A stretch of DNA of 64,000 bases from Candidatus Moraniibacteriota bacterium (GCA_036845785.1 DAIUDF010000001.1:33221-97220), one strand, 5' to 3'. Positions 9,710 through 19,022 are shown, counted from the first letter of the stretch. The notes: generated by a model not told the origin, from the sequence alone. Made by a program: numbers and translations.

Positions 9710-10246
9710 CTATTTAGCTGCCTTCTTTCCTTCTTTTCTGCGGACATGCTCGCCGACATATTTAAATCCTTTGCCTTTATACGGTTCAACTGGTTTTAGG
9801 GCTCTGACATTGGCGGCAAATTGCCCCACCTTGCATTTATCAACCCCGGAAATTGTCATGACGTTATTTTCAATAGTAACTTGCAAGTCTTCCGGCACAT
9901 CGACAACAACTGGATGAGAAAAACCCAGAGCTAGATTTATTTTCTTTCCGGCCACTGACATGCGAAAACCAACGCCATTAAGCTCTAATTGTTTTTGAAA
10001 ACCCTTAGCTACTCCTTCAATCATATTATTGATAATGCGAGTTGTCGTTCCCCAAACAGCTGGAGCATTCTTGCTTTTGCCCGTTTTTTCAACCAAAACT
10101 TCATTATCTTGAATTTTAACAACCACATCAAAATGATGCTCAAAAGTCATCGTTCCTTTGGCGCCTTTTATTGTTACTACATTTTTATCCGTTGTAACAG
10201 TTACTCCTTGCGGAATGCTTATTGGTTTTTTTCCTATCCTAGACAT
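9710..10246 (-). CDS. rplF: 50S ribosomal protein L6
   Basis: MSRIGKKPISIPQGVTV signature. Confidence 0.95.
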   Translation of the reverse strand: MSRIGKKPISIPQGVTVTTDKNVVTIKGAKGTMTFEHHFDVVVKIQDNEVLVEKTGKSKNAPAVWGTTTRIINNMIEGVAKGFQKQLELNGVGFRMSVAGKKINLALGFSHPVVVDVPEDLQVTIENNVMTISGVDKCKVGQFAANVRALKPVEPYKGKGFKYVGEHVRRKEGKKAAK

Positions 10247-10372
10247 AATAATTAATTCAAAATTTAAATCTCAAAATATAAACTTACGGAGTCGCTACGC
10301 GACATTTTTATAAACATGAGCGGAGCGAATTCCTAAATTTTGATTTTTTATTTTTGATTTTTTAATTTTACT

Positions 10373-10777
10373 CTACCAAACTTCGCAAATTATTTCCCCT
10401 CCGATTCCCATTTTTCTGGCTTCATCTGCCGGCATAATGCCTTTTGAAGTTGAAACTATGGAAATTCCATATCCATTCTTAACTCTCTTCAGATCAGTTT
10501 TCTTTGCATATATGCGCTGTCCTTGGCGGCTGATTCTTTTGATTTCTCTGATGGCCGGATTCTTTTCAGTATTGGAAACGACATCATATTTTAAAACTAT
10601 TTTTATTAAAGATATATTTCCTTCAGTTTCTTCGCTGACTGATTCAATAAAATTCCTTTGTTCTAAAATTTTGGCAATAGCCATTTTGAGACGCGAAAAC
10701 GGCACCAGCACTTCCTTGTGTCCGGCTCTTTGCGCGTTTCTAATTCTTGTAAGCATGTCTGCTATTGGATCTAACAT
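10373..10777 (-). CDS. rpsH: 30S ribosomal protein S8
   Basis: DPIADMLTRIRNA signature. Confidence 0.95.
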   Translation of the reverse strand: MLDPIADMLTRIRNAQRAGHKEVLVPFSRLKMAIAKILEQRNFIESVSEETEGNISLIKIVLKYDVVSNTEKNPAIREIKRISRQGQRIYAKKTDLKRVKNGYGISIVSTSKGIMPADEARKMGIGGEIICEVW

Positions 10778-10850
10778 ATCTTTTTTTAATTCAAAATTTA
10801 AAATTCAAAATTCAAAATTATAGTGTTGTTTCTGATTCTTTAATTTATTG

Positions 10851-11036
10851 CTACCAACTGCTCTTCTTCACTCCCGGCAACTCTCCTTTGCTGGCTAATT
10901 CCCTAAAACAGATTCTGCAAATATCGAAAGCACGAAGATACCCATGCTTTCTTCCGCAACGCCAACAGCGGCGCACAATACGGGTTGAAAATTTAGGTTT
11001 CTTTTCTGCTCTAGCTTTTGTAGATGTCTTTGCCAT
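10851..11036 (-). CDS. rpsZ: 30S ribosomal protein S14 type Z (zinc-binding)
   Basis: 61 aa starting at [16 protein letters not shown], with [38 protein letters not shown]. cat at 11034-11036. Confidence 0.9.
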   Translation of the reverse strand: MAKTSTKARAEKKPKFSTRIVRRCWRCGRKHGYLRAFDICRICFRELASKGELPGVKKSSW

Positions 11037-11122
11037 TTTTGTTGTCACAGAATAACACAGAAACTTACGGAATGACACAGAAAAATTCTGTGTATCTGTG
11101 TTTATTCTGTTTTATTCCGTGT

Positions 11123-11671
11123 TTAATCTGTTTTAATTGGGAATCCTAATAATTTAAATAATTCAAAACCTTCTTCCTGTGATTTCGCGTCAGTCGAAAC
11201 TGTTATTTGCAGACCGAACACGTGTCTTGTTTTTTCTGGAGAAATTTCGGGAAAAATCAAATGTTCTTTAATGCCGATATTCATGTTTCCTCCTTTGTCT
11301 ATTGATTTTCTGTTAATTCCCTGAAAGTCTCTGGTTCTTGGCAATGTCGCGTTTATCAGACGATCAATAAATTGCCACATTCTTTTTCCTCTGAGTGTCA
11401 CCTTGACTCCGACTTCCATTCCTTCCCTAACTTTGAAACCGGAAATGGCTTTGCGAGCTTTGGTTTTTAACGGTTTTTGTCCTGTAATCGCAGCAATTGA
11501 ATTTATGACTTCTTCAACCTTGTCATTCTCCTTGGTAATTTTTCCAATTCCAACATTAACAACAGCCTTTTTGATTCGAGGCATCGCCATTGTGCTTTTA
11601 TATCCAAATTTCTTCTTCATTTCTGGAGTAGCTATTTTGGTATATTTTTCTTTTGTTGAAATTATATTCAT
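11123..11671 (-). CDS. rplE: 50S ribosomal protein L5
   Basis: L5 signature motifs. Its final codons overlap the end of a repeat copy. Confidence 0.95.
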   Translation of the reverse strand: MNIISTKEKYTKIATPEMKKKFGYKSTMAMPRIKKAVVNVGIGKITKENDKVEEVINSIAAITGQKPLKTKARKAISGFKVREGMEVGVKVTLRGKRMWQFIDRLINATLPRTRDFQGINRKSIDKGGNMNIGIKEHLIFPEISPEKTRHVFGLQITVSTDAKSQEEGFELFKLLGFPIKTD

Positions 11672-11685
11672 AATAATATTATTCT

Positions 11686-11800
11686 AATCTGCCCGCCTAG
11701 ACTCACGGAGACAATCGTTCATCGACGCGAGGCTGGCTAATTAATCCTGACCTACAAATTTGTTTTTACTGAATTCATTCGTAGATTTGAATCGTGTTTA
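11686..11800. repeat. repeat family R4, two copies (11686-11800 and 18333-18460), upstream of rplE and rplC
   Basis: ATCTGCCCGCCTmGACTCACGGAGACrATCGTTCATCGACGCGAGGCTGGCTAATTAAT followed by a ctacaaa...tttgtag hairpin. Confidence 0.8.
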
Positions 11801-12106
11801 TTAAAATTCTTTCTTGCACTTCTTGCACACGCGAACTTTTTTGCCATTGGCAAATGCATATCCAACCCGCGTAGGCTTTCCGCAGCCAGGACAGATAACC
11901 ATGGCATTGGAAACGCTAAACGCAGCCGGAACTTCAACACGCTGTCCTTTCTCTCCTTCCCGGCGGGGTTTTTTGTGCCTTTTTACTATATTCATCTTCT
12001 CGACAACAATTTTTCCTTCACTTGGAATAGTCCGGATGACTTTGCCTTCCTTTCCTTTGTCTTTGCCGGTAATTTTTTTAATTGTATCTCCTTTTTTAAT
12101 CCTCAT
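11801..12106 (-). CDS. rplX: 50S ribosomal protein L24 with C-terminal Cys4 zinc-ribbon-like extension
   Basis: KOW domain MRIKKGDTIKKITGKDKGKEG plus a C-terminal CPGCGKPT...CKKCKK tail. Confidence 0.9.
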   Translation of the reverse strand: MRIKKGDTIKKITGKDKGKEGKVIRTIPSEGKIVVEKMNIVKRHKKPRREGEKGQRVEVPAAFSVSNAMVICPGCGKPTRVGYAFANGKKVRVCKKCKKEF

Positions 12107-12202
12107 ATAACTATCACGGAATTACACAGAAACTTACGGAACGACACAGAAAAATTCTGTGTATCTGTGTTATTCTGTTTTCTTCTGTGTTAATTTTGTT
12201 TA

Positions 12203-12568
12203 TTACAATACTTCTGGTGCTAATGAAATTATTTTAGTATATCCTTTCTCTCTAAGCTCTCTGGTAACTGGTCCGAAAATTCTGGTTCCTTTTGGTTCTT
12301 TGCCATCCAAGATCACGGCTGCATTCTCATCGAATCGGATGTATGACCCATCTTTTCTCCGGAAAGATTTTTTCTGTCGGACAATCACTGCTCTGACCTT
12401 ATCTCCTTTTTTGATCATGCCTCTGGGTTCTGCCGATTTAACACTGCAAACAATAATATCCCCGATGGAAGCATAGCGTCTGCGGCTGCCTCCAAGAACC
12501 TTGAAGCATTCAATGGTTTTTGCTCCAGTGTTGTCAGCTGCTCTTAATCTTGTTTCTGCTTGAATCAT
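12203..12568 (-). CDS. rplN: 50S ribosomal protein L14
   Basis: [17 protein letters not shown] signature. Confidence 0.95.
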   Translation of the reverse strand: MIQAETRLRAADNTGAKTIECFKVLGGSRRRYASIGDIIVCSVKSAEPRGMIKKGDKVRAVIVRQKKSFRRKDGSYIRFDENAAVILDGKEPKGTRIFGPVTRELREKGYTKIISLAPEVL

Positions 12569-12662
12569 ATTGCTATCACAGAATTACACAGAAGCTTACG
12601 GAATGACACAGAAAAATTCTGTGTATCTGTGTTTATTCTGTTTTCTTCTGTGTTAAATCTGT

Positions 12663-12893
12663 TTATGCTATTTTATGGCTCTTTCCCTTGCTTATCGGCT
12701 TGCACTGCACAAACTCAACCGCATCTCCTTTTTTGAACTTGTTTTCAGCGTCATGTACTTTATATTTCTTGGTAGACAGATACTTTTTCAGATATTTCGG
12801 ATGCGTCTTAAAAGTTTGGACAGCCACTACAATTGTCTTGTCCATTTTATCACTGATAACTATTCCCTTCTTTTTGGCTAACTTTTTTGCCAT
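12663..12893 (-). CDS. rpsQ: 30S ribosomal protein S17
   Basis: GIVISDKMDKTIVVAV signature. Confidence 0.9.
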   Translation of the reverse strand: MAKKLAKKKGIVISDKMDKTIVVAVQTFKTHPKYLKKYLSTKKYKVHDAENKFKKGDAVEFVQCKPISKGKSHKIA

Positions 12894-13070
12894 AATTGTC
12901 TACGAGCGGAGCGAGTAGCTACAATTATGAGCATCCCGCACCAATTCTTTATTTAAACTTAATCTTATATCTTATTAAAGCCGCAGGCGAATTCCGTGAA
13001 AAGTTTTCAATCTTTTATTAAAAACTTTATTCGGAATTTGGTGCGGGACAACAATTTATTTTTAATCTAA
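12894..13070. repeat. about 165-bp intergenic element family R2 with 15-bp inverted repeats. Copies at 12894-13070, 14497-14665, 15612-15768 and 36697-36874, with divergent copies at 41640-41790 and 60725-60765
   Basis: GAGCGGAGCGAGTAGCTACAAAnnGAGCATCCCGCACCAATTC...CCGCAGGCGAATTCCGTG...TTCGGAATTGGTGCGGGAT. The IR atcccgcaccaattc/gaattggtgcgggat is perfect. Confidence 0.8.
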
Positions 13071-13262
13071 TTATTTCTGCATTTCTTTTATAATTGTTAA
13101 AATTTGCGCTATGTCTTTTTTGAGTGCCCGATATTGCCGATGATTCTTGAGCTGTTTGTTGGCAATATCAAACTTAAACCTGACAACCTGTGTTCTCTTT
13201 TCGTCTGCCAGCTTTTTCAGCTGTTCTATGTTCATATTTCTTAATTCTTGAATATTTGCCAT
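13071..13262 (-). CDS. rpmC: 50S ribosomal protein L29
   Basis: 63-aa helical protein (IQELRNMNIEQLKKL). Confidence 0.9.
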   Translation of the reverse strand: MANIQELRNMNIEQLKKLADEKRTQVVRFKFDIANKQLKNHRQYRALKKDIAQILTIIKEMQK

Positions 13263-13264
13263 AT

Positions 13265-13678
13265 CTATTTTTCCTTAACTACAAATTTACTCTTAACACA
13301 AAGCTTGTGTGAAGCCAAACGCATAGCTTCTCTGGCTACTGATTCGGCGATTCCATCCATTTCAAACAAAACTCTGCCTTGTTTTATTTTAGCTACAAAA
13401 TGATCCACGCTTCCTTTTCCTTTACCCATCGGAGTTTCGTCACCCTTTTTGGTCATTGGTTTGTCCGGGAAAATCCTGATCCAAATTTTTCCGCCACGTT
13501 TCACATATCTGGTCATCGCTCGACGAGCAGCTTCAATCTGGCGGGCAGAAATAAGTCCGGAAGTTGTCGCCTTCAAACCAAAACTGCCGAAACTGACAGT
13601 GTTTCCTTTTGTCGCCACTCCACGGATTGGTCCTCCGCGATGGATCTTTCTATGTTTTACTTTCTTTGGCATCAACAT
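13265..13678 (-). CDS. rplP: 50S ribosomal protein L16
   Basis: [15 protein letters not shown] signature. Confidence 0.95.
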   Translation of the reverse strand: MLMPKKVKHRKIHRGGPIRGVATKGNTVSFGSFGLKATTSGLISARQIEAARRAMTRYVKRGGKIWIRIFPDKPMTKKGDETPMGKGKGSVDHFVAKIKQGRVLFEMDGIAESVAREAMRLASHKLCVKSKFVVKEK

Positions 13679-13842
13679 ATGCGTTTCACTAAATTCAAAA
13701 TTTAAAATTCAAAGTTCAAAATTATGGAGCTCGCCTCGATTCGACAAGGTATGTCATCGAGTCGAAGCGGGTCGCTACGCGACATTTTTTATAAACATGA
13801 GCGAAGCGAATTCCTAAACTTTTAACTTTTCACTTTTAACTT
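13679..13842. repeat. intergenic repeat family R3 (AATTCAAAATTTAAAATTCAAAATT module plus GTCGCTACGCGAC hairpin plus GAGCGAAGCGAATTCCTAAA). Copies at 10247-10372, 13679-13842 and 17637-17752, with partial copies at 6857-6989, 10778-10850 and 36097-36228
   Basis: Shared blocks upstream of rplF, rplP, rplD, secY, rpsH and fusA. Confidence 0.7.
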
Positions 13843-14496
13843 TTAACTTTTAACTTCGTTAAATACTTCCCCTTTATAAATCCAAACCTTTACTCCAATA
13901 ACTCCGTAAGTGGTGTATGCCTTAGCTCTGGCAAAATCAATATCAGCTCGGAGGGTGTGAAGCGGTACTGTTCCTTTGGACAACCATTCGCGACGTGACA
14001 TTTCAGCGCCACCCAATCTTCCAGAAACCTCAACTTTAATTCCTTTAATATTTTTATTCTTCGCTGCCTGGTCTAAGGTTGATTTCAAAATTCTCCTGAA
14101 TGGCATTCTTTTTTCCAGCTGTTCTGCCACATTCTGGGCCACCAAACAAGCATTTTCTTCAAACTGTTTTATTTCCTGAGCTTCGATTTTCAGATCAATC
14201 TTCTTGCCGGCAAAAAACTTTTTCTTGATAATTTCCAACATGTCAGTGATTCCAGTGCCTCCTCTGCCGATCAAAACTCCCGGGCGTGATGTTTTAACAA
14301 TCAATTTCAGCGTATTGGCGTTGCCCTCAATATCCACATCAGCAATGGCTGCCGCCTTCCATTTTTTCATTACAAAATCACGGATTTGAACATCCTCTTT
14401 GAGCTTTTTGGAATAATTTTTGCCTCCAAACCATCTTGATTTCCAATTGGTGGTAATTCCGATTCGGAGTCCTGTTGGGTTTACTTTATGTCCCAT
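13843..14496 (-). CDS. rpsC: 30S ribosomal protein S3
   Basis: MGHKVNPTGLRIG start, KH and S3-C domains. Confidence 0.95.
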   Translation of the reverse strand: MGHKVNPTGLRIGITTNWKSRWFGGKNYSKKLKEDVQIRDFVMKKWKAAAIADVDIEGNANTLKLIVKTSRPGVLIGRGGTGITDMLEIIKKKFFAGKKIDLKIEAQEIKQFEENACLVAQNVAEQLEKRMPFRRILKSTLDQAAKNKNIKGIKVEVSGRLGGAEMSRREWLSKGTVPLHTLRADIDFARAKAYTTYGVIGVKVWIYKGEVFNEVKS

Positions 14497-14665
14497 GCAA
14501 TTTTTGTCTGCGAGCAAGGCGAGTAGCTACAAAAATTAGCATCCCGCACCAATTCGCAATATTAACTTTCTATTATTTCCGGTTAAGCCGCAGGCGAATT
14601 CCGTGAAAAGTTTTCAATCTTTTATTAAAAACTTTATTCGGAATTTGGTGCGGGATAACTTCTTA

Positions 14666-15235
14666 TTACGCTGACTTTCTTTGAAAAACTTTTTTCAAAA
14701 ATCCACTGTCTTGTCCTTTTTTAGCTGTTTCTTTCTGAACGGAAACTTTTTTAACCGGCGTTTTTTCAGCCGCTGTATCTTCTTTTTCCTTTTCCTCTTT
14801 TTCCATTTCTGCCATTGCTTCTTTCATCATCTTTTCTTTTTCTGCCTGGCGTTTGGCTTTTTCTTTTTCCAGTTCCTGCTTTGATTTTCTGTTTTTGCCT
14901 TCCACTCTTTCTGCGAGTTCCAATTTAATGTGGGATGTGCGTTTCAAAATCTGAGTCGCCCTGCCCTGGGCCCGCGGCAACCATCTTTTCAGCCTGGCTC
15001 CTTCGCCGACTAGGATGCTGCTTATATACAGATTGTCCCGGTCCAAACCGAAATTATTTTCTGCATTGGCCAAAGCGCTTTTCAGCAATTTTTCCAAAAT
15101 TCCGCTGGTTTTTTTCACCAAATGTTCGAGTTGGATAAAAGCATCATTAACATCCATGCCGACAATACTGTCCGTAACTAGACGCACCTTGCGGGGAGAC
15201 ATTCTTAAATTTTTGAGATTAGCAGTAACTTGCAT
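14666..15235 (-). CDS. rplV: 50S ribosomal protein L22 with long KE-rich C-terminal extension
   Basis: SPRKVRLV...NAENN core plus a 60-aa lysine/glutamate-rich tail. Confidence 0.9.
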   Translation of the reverse strand: MQVTANLKNLRMSPRKVRLVTDSIVGMDVNDAFIQLEHLVKKTSGILEKLLKSALANAENNFGLDRDNLYISSILVGEGARLKRWLPRAQGRATQILKRTSHIKLELAERVEGKNRKSKQELEKEKAKRQAEKEKMMKEAMAEMEKEEKEKEDTAAEKTPVKKVSVQKETAKKGQDSGFLKKVFQRKSA

Positions 15236-15260
15236 AAAATTATAATCAAACTACAACTTA

Positions 15261-15611
15261 TTATTTACCTCCATTTTTCTTATTACTATCTTCAGCTTTA
15301 GCCGCCTTGGCTGCATCCAAAGCCTTCTGTTTTTCCGCTATCTCGATTTCTTTCTGCATCTTGCCTCCGTGTCTTGTAAATTTGCGAGTTGGCGAAAATT
15401 CTCCCAGCCTGTGACCCACCATTTCTTCAGTTACATAAACATTCAAAAATCCTTTTCCATTATGCACGCCAAAAGTAAAACCGATCATTTCTGGTGAAAT
15501 TGTGCAGGCTCTTGACCAGGTTTTGATCACTCCTGCTCCCGGCTTGGCGTCAATGACTTTCTTGAGCACGCGCGGGTCTACATATGGTCCTTTCTTTAAA
15601 CTTCTGCTCAT
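15261..15611 (-). CDS. rpsS: 30S ribosomal protein S19
   Basis: SLKKGPYVD...HNGK...GHRLGEF signature. Confidence 0.95.
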   Translation of the reverse strand: MSRSLKKGPYVDPRVLKKVIDAKPGAGVIKTWSRACTISPEMIGFTFGVHNGKGFLNVYVTEEMVGHRLGEFSPTRKFTRHGGKMQKEIEIAEKQKALDAAKAAKAEDSNKKNGGK

Positions 15612-15768
15612 TTGTCTGCGAGTGGAGCGAGTAGCTACAAATGAGCATCCCGCACCAATTCTTTAATTATTCTTTAAATTATATTATTACTGAGCCGTTA
15701 GGCGTTTCCGTGCACCAAGCTTTCTTTTGAAAAAATCTGTCTTCGGAATTGGTGCTGGGATTAATAAT

Positions 15769-16599
15769 CTATTTCTTAATTCTTCTTTTAACTATAAATT
15801 TATTACTATATCTTTTCTTCTTTCTGGTTTTCTTTCCTAATGCCGGCTTGCCCCATGGGGTTTTCGGATATTTAAGACCGATTCCTTGACAGCCTTCGCC
15901 GCCTCCATGCGGATGGTCAATCGGGTTCATAACCGTTCCACGCACTGCCGGTCTCTTGTTTTTCCATCTGTTTCTGCCAGCTTTGCCAATTCTTTCCGCA
16001 CTATGTTCAAAATTGCTGACTCGTCCGATTGTAGCATAACATTCTTCACTGGCCAATCTGATTTCGCCAGAAGACATTTTCAGCTGAGCCATCTTGTTGT
16101 CAATTGCCATAAGAGCAGCTCCGCTGCCGGCGCTTCTGATAATCTGTCCGCCCTTGCCTGGAAATAATTCAACATTGCAAATAATGGTTCCGTAAGGAAT
16201 ATTTTTAAGCAGCGTTCGGTTGCCTTCTTTGATAGGAGCTTTCGGGGAAGCCATGATTTCAACTCCCGCCTTCATTCCTTCCGAAGCCAAAATATATTTC
16301 TTATCTCCGTCTTTGTATTGAACCAAAGCAATCAAAGCGCTTCTGTTGGGATCTTTTTCAATCGCCACAATTTTTCCCGGAATATCAAATTTCTGTTGCT
16401 TGAAATCAACAAGTCTATAGCGCCTTTTGTGTCCGCCACCCTGATGTCTCACGGAAATTTTTCCATTGGATCTTCCCGCCTTATTTTTAAGAGGGGCCAA
16501 CAAAGATTTTTCCGGTTTTTTGTCCGTCAAATCATCCGGTTTTACAATCGACATGTTTCGCCTTCCGGCATTATTCTTTTTATAAACTTTAATTGCCAT
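15769..16599 (-). CDS. rplB: 50S ribosomal protein L2
   Basis: L2 signature including the HPHGGGEG motif. Confidence 0.95.
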   Translation of the reverse strand: MAIKVYKKNNAGRRNMSIVKPDDLTDKKPEKSLLAPLKNKAGRSNGKISVRHQGGGHKRRYRLVDFKQQKFDIPGKIVAIEKDPNRSALIALVQYKDGDKKYILASEGMKAGVEIMASPKAPIKEGNRTLLKNIPYGTIICNVELFPGKGGQIIRSAGSGAALMAIDNKMAQLKMSSGEIRLASEECYATIGRVSNFEHSAERIGKAGRNRWKNKRPAVRGTVMNPIDHPHGGGEGCQGIGLKYPKTPWGKPALGKKTRKKKRYSNKFIVKRRIKK

Positions 16600-16629
16600 A
16601 AATTTTCTGATTCGTAGTTTTGAATCGCA

Positions 16630-16998
16630 TTACGCTGTCTTAAAAAATTCTATCTTATCTCCTTTCTTAACCGTCACAGTTGCTTTTCTAACGGCTGGCT
16701 TTAAACTCAGATGCCGTCCGTAAGCCTTTTTCTTTGGCTGCAAATTCACTATTGAAACTTTTTCCACTTTTACTTTATAAATTCCCTCAACTGCTTTTTT
16801 CACTTCTTTTTTGTTTGCACTGTGCGTAATTCTGAAAGTGTATTTATTATCAGCCGAATCTCGATGCGTTTTTTCCGTAATCCAAGGCGCAACCAAAACA
16901 TTGCAAGCTATTTCAACATTATCAGCCGCTACAATAACTTCCGCCTTCTTGGCCGCAGTTTTTTTGGTAACTTTTTTTGTAGATTTTTCTTCAGTCAT
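16630..16998 (-). CDS. rplW: 50S ribosomal protein L23 with N-terminal extension
   Basis: Core VLVAPWITEK...KYTF plus a 28-aa basic N-terminal extension. Confidence 0.9.
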   Translation of the reverse strand: MTEEKSTKKVTKKTAAKKAEVIVAADNVEIACNVLVAPWITEKTHRDSADNKYTFRITHSANKKEVKKAVEGIYKVKVEKVSIVNLQPKKKAYGRHLSLKPAVRKATVTVKKGDKIEFFKTA

Positions 16999-17006
16999 AT
17001 TTCAGA

Positions 17007-17636
17007 TTATTTCTTAAATTTTTCTTCCAAAAATGCTATCGACTGCTTGGAGAGAATCAAATATTTATTATTCAGAATATCCATCACATTCAAATCCTTA
17101 ACTTCCGTGTTGGTCACATTTTTGACATTGCGGCTGGCCAGATTCATCTTTTTTTCCTCCTGAGAAAATGCCGCCAATGTCTTGCCTTCTATTTTCAAAT
17201 TATTCAAAACTTTCACAAATGATTTGGTCTTAGTTTCTTTCAGCAGCAGTGAATCAACAGCGATAAGCTGTCCGTTTTTCAGTTTTCCGCTAAGAGCAAT
17301 GCAGACTGCTTTTTGCTTCATTTTCTTGTTCAAATCTCTTTTGAAATTGCGATCGCTTTTAGGTCCAAAAGAAACACCTCCGCCTTTCATGACTGGATTT
17401 CTTTTCTGGCCTTGTCTGGCGCTGCCGGTTCCTTTTTGCCTGAATGGTTTTTTGCCGCTGCCAGCCACTTCACCTTTGCCTTTCACATGCGCAATCGGAT
17501 TTCGCTGATTGCCAGCCATAACCATGAAAACTTGTTTCACCAATTCATCATTAGCAGCTGCACCAAAAACAGCATCTGAAACTTTCAGATCTTCAATCTT
17601 TTTTCCTTCTTGATTATGTATTGCAATTACCGCCAT
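17007..17636 (-). CDS. rplD: 50S ribosomal protein L4
   Basis: L4 family signature and position between L23 and L3. Confidence 0.9.
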   Translation of the reverse strand: MAVIAIHNQEGKKIEDLKVSDAVFGAAANDELVKQVFMVMAGNQRNPIAHVKGKGEVAGSGKKPFRQKGTGSARQGQKRNPVMKGGGVSFGPKSDRNFKRDLNKKMKQKAVCIALSGKLKNGQLIAVDSLLLKETKTKSFVKVLNNLKIEGKTLAAFSQEEKKMNLASRNVKNVTNTEVKDLNVMDILNNKYLILSKQSIAFLEEKFKK

Positions 17637-17752
17637 AATATTAATTCAAAATGCAAAATTTAAAATTCAAAATTATAGAGTTTTGCTTCGCAAAATATTT
17701 TTTAAAAATATGAGCGAAGCGAATTCCTAAACTTTTAACTTTTCACTTTTAA

Positions 17753-18319
17753 CTATTTTACTGTCTGAACTTCCACGATTCTGCCGACAACTCCCGGCAC
17801 TCCGCCTTGCACTGCCAGAATATTCTTGGCTGAATCTATATAAACAACTTTCATATTTTTCACAGTTACTCTTTTGCCTCCCATGCGTCCAGCCATTTTC
17901 TTGCCCTTAATGACGTGCTGCGGTTGCTGTGCGCCAATTGATCCCGGCGCCCGAAGATCATGTTTGTGTCCATGGCTTTTTGGAGATCCCTTGAAACCAT
18001 GGCGTTTGACCACACCCTGATATCCCTTGGCTTTTCCGATTCCGCTGACTTTTACAATATCCCCTATTTGGAAATTTTCAACTGTAATTTTATCTCCCAC
18101 CGCCACCTTTGCTGCTTCATCCAAAGAAAATTCTTTCTTGTGGGAAACTTTTTTTGTCTTAGCAACCTTAAGCTGCAAAGCATTGTAGCCATTTTTTTCT
18201 TCAGTTCTGATATCAGAAACAACATTGGGTTCGCATTCAATCAGAGTCACGTTCAAAGCGCCACGTTCTTTGTCGTACAGTGTTGTCATTCCTAATTTTT
18301 TTCCGAGTATAAATTTCAT
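17753..18319 (-). CDS. rplC: 50S ribosomal protein L3
   Basis: MKFILGKKLGMTTLYD start and L3 signature. Confidence 0.95.
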   Translation of the reverse strand: MKFILGKKLGMTTLYDKERGALNVTLIECEPNVVSDIRTEEKNGYNALQLKVAKTKKVSHKKEFSLDEAAKVAVGDKITVENFQIGDIVKVSGIGKAKGYQGVVKRHGFKGSPKSHGHKHDLRAPGSIGAQQPQHVIKGKKMAGRMGGKRVTVKNMKVVYIDSAKNILAVQGGVPGVVGRIVEVQTVK

Positions 18320-18591
18320 AAAATATTATTCAAATCTGCCCGCCTCGACTCACGGAGACGATCGTTCATCGACGCGAGGCTGGCTAATTAATTCTAATCT
18401 ACAAACAATTCGTTGATTGGAATGATATTTGTAGATTGGGATAATTCTGGCAATAAAAATACTGGCCTCAGCCAGCATCATTCCGATCTATCGGAATTTA
18501 GCTAGTTGAGTATCCCCGAACTGCCGAGGACTTTAACTAGTAATATTCACATGTGCCCCATTTGCAGCGGGGCTCCGCCAAAAGCGGATAA

Positions 18592-18927
18592 CTACATTTT
18601 GATTTCAACATCGACTCCGGCCGGTAGGTCTAAACTGGTGAGATTCTCAATCGTTTTTGAATTCGGATTCCAAATATCAATAAGCCTCTTATGAATTCTC
18701 ATTTCATACTGGTCTCTGGAATTCTTATATACAAAGGTCGACTTATTGACAGTTACCTTGTGTATTTCTGTTGGAAGAGGAACCGGACCTGTGATTTGCG
18801 ATCCTGATCTTTCCGCAGTTTCCACAATTTTTTTGGCTGATTGGTCAATGACTTTGTTGTCATAGGCCTTGATCTTAATCCTGATCCTTGTGGACAATTG
18901 TTCTGAATCTGTTTTTTTCGCTGCCAT
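18592..18927 (-). CDS. rpsJ: 30S ribosomal protein S10
   Basis: IRIKIKAYD...GPVPLPT signature. Confidence 0.95.
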   Translation of the reverse strand: MAAKKTDSEQLSTRIRIKIKAYDNKVIDQSAKKIVETAERSGSQITGPVPLPTEIHKVTVNKSTFVYKNSRDQYEMRIHKRLIDIWNPNSKTIENLTSLDLPAGVDVEIKM

Positions 18928-19022
18928 CTAATTTTTTAGTAACAAATTACTTTTAATTTAATATTGTTCGTTAGAACACAGGCAGACACAATTTTGTTTT
19001 GTGTCTGCTTAGTAAATTCGAA

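Noticed and set aside
9200-18460. Possibility that the many intergenic repeats constitute a CRISPR array.
   Set aside because: The repeats are 90-170 bp, of several unrelated families, irregularly spaced, and separated by conserved r-protein genes rather than short unique spacers.
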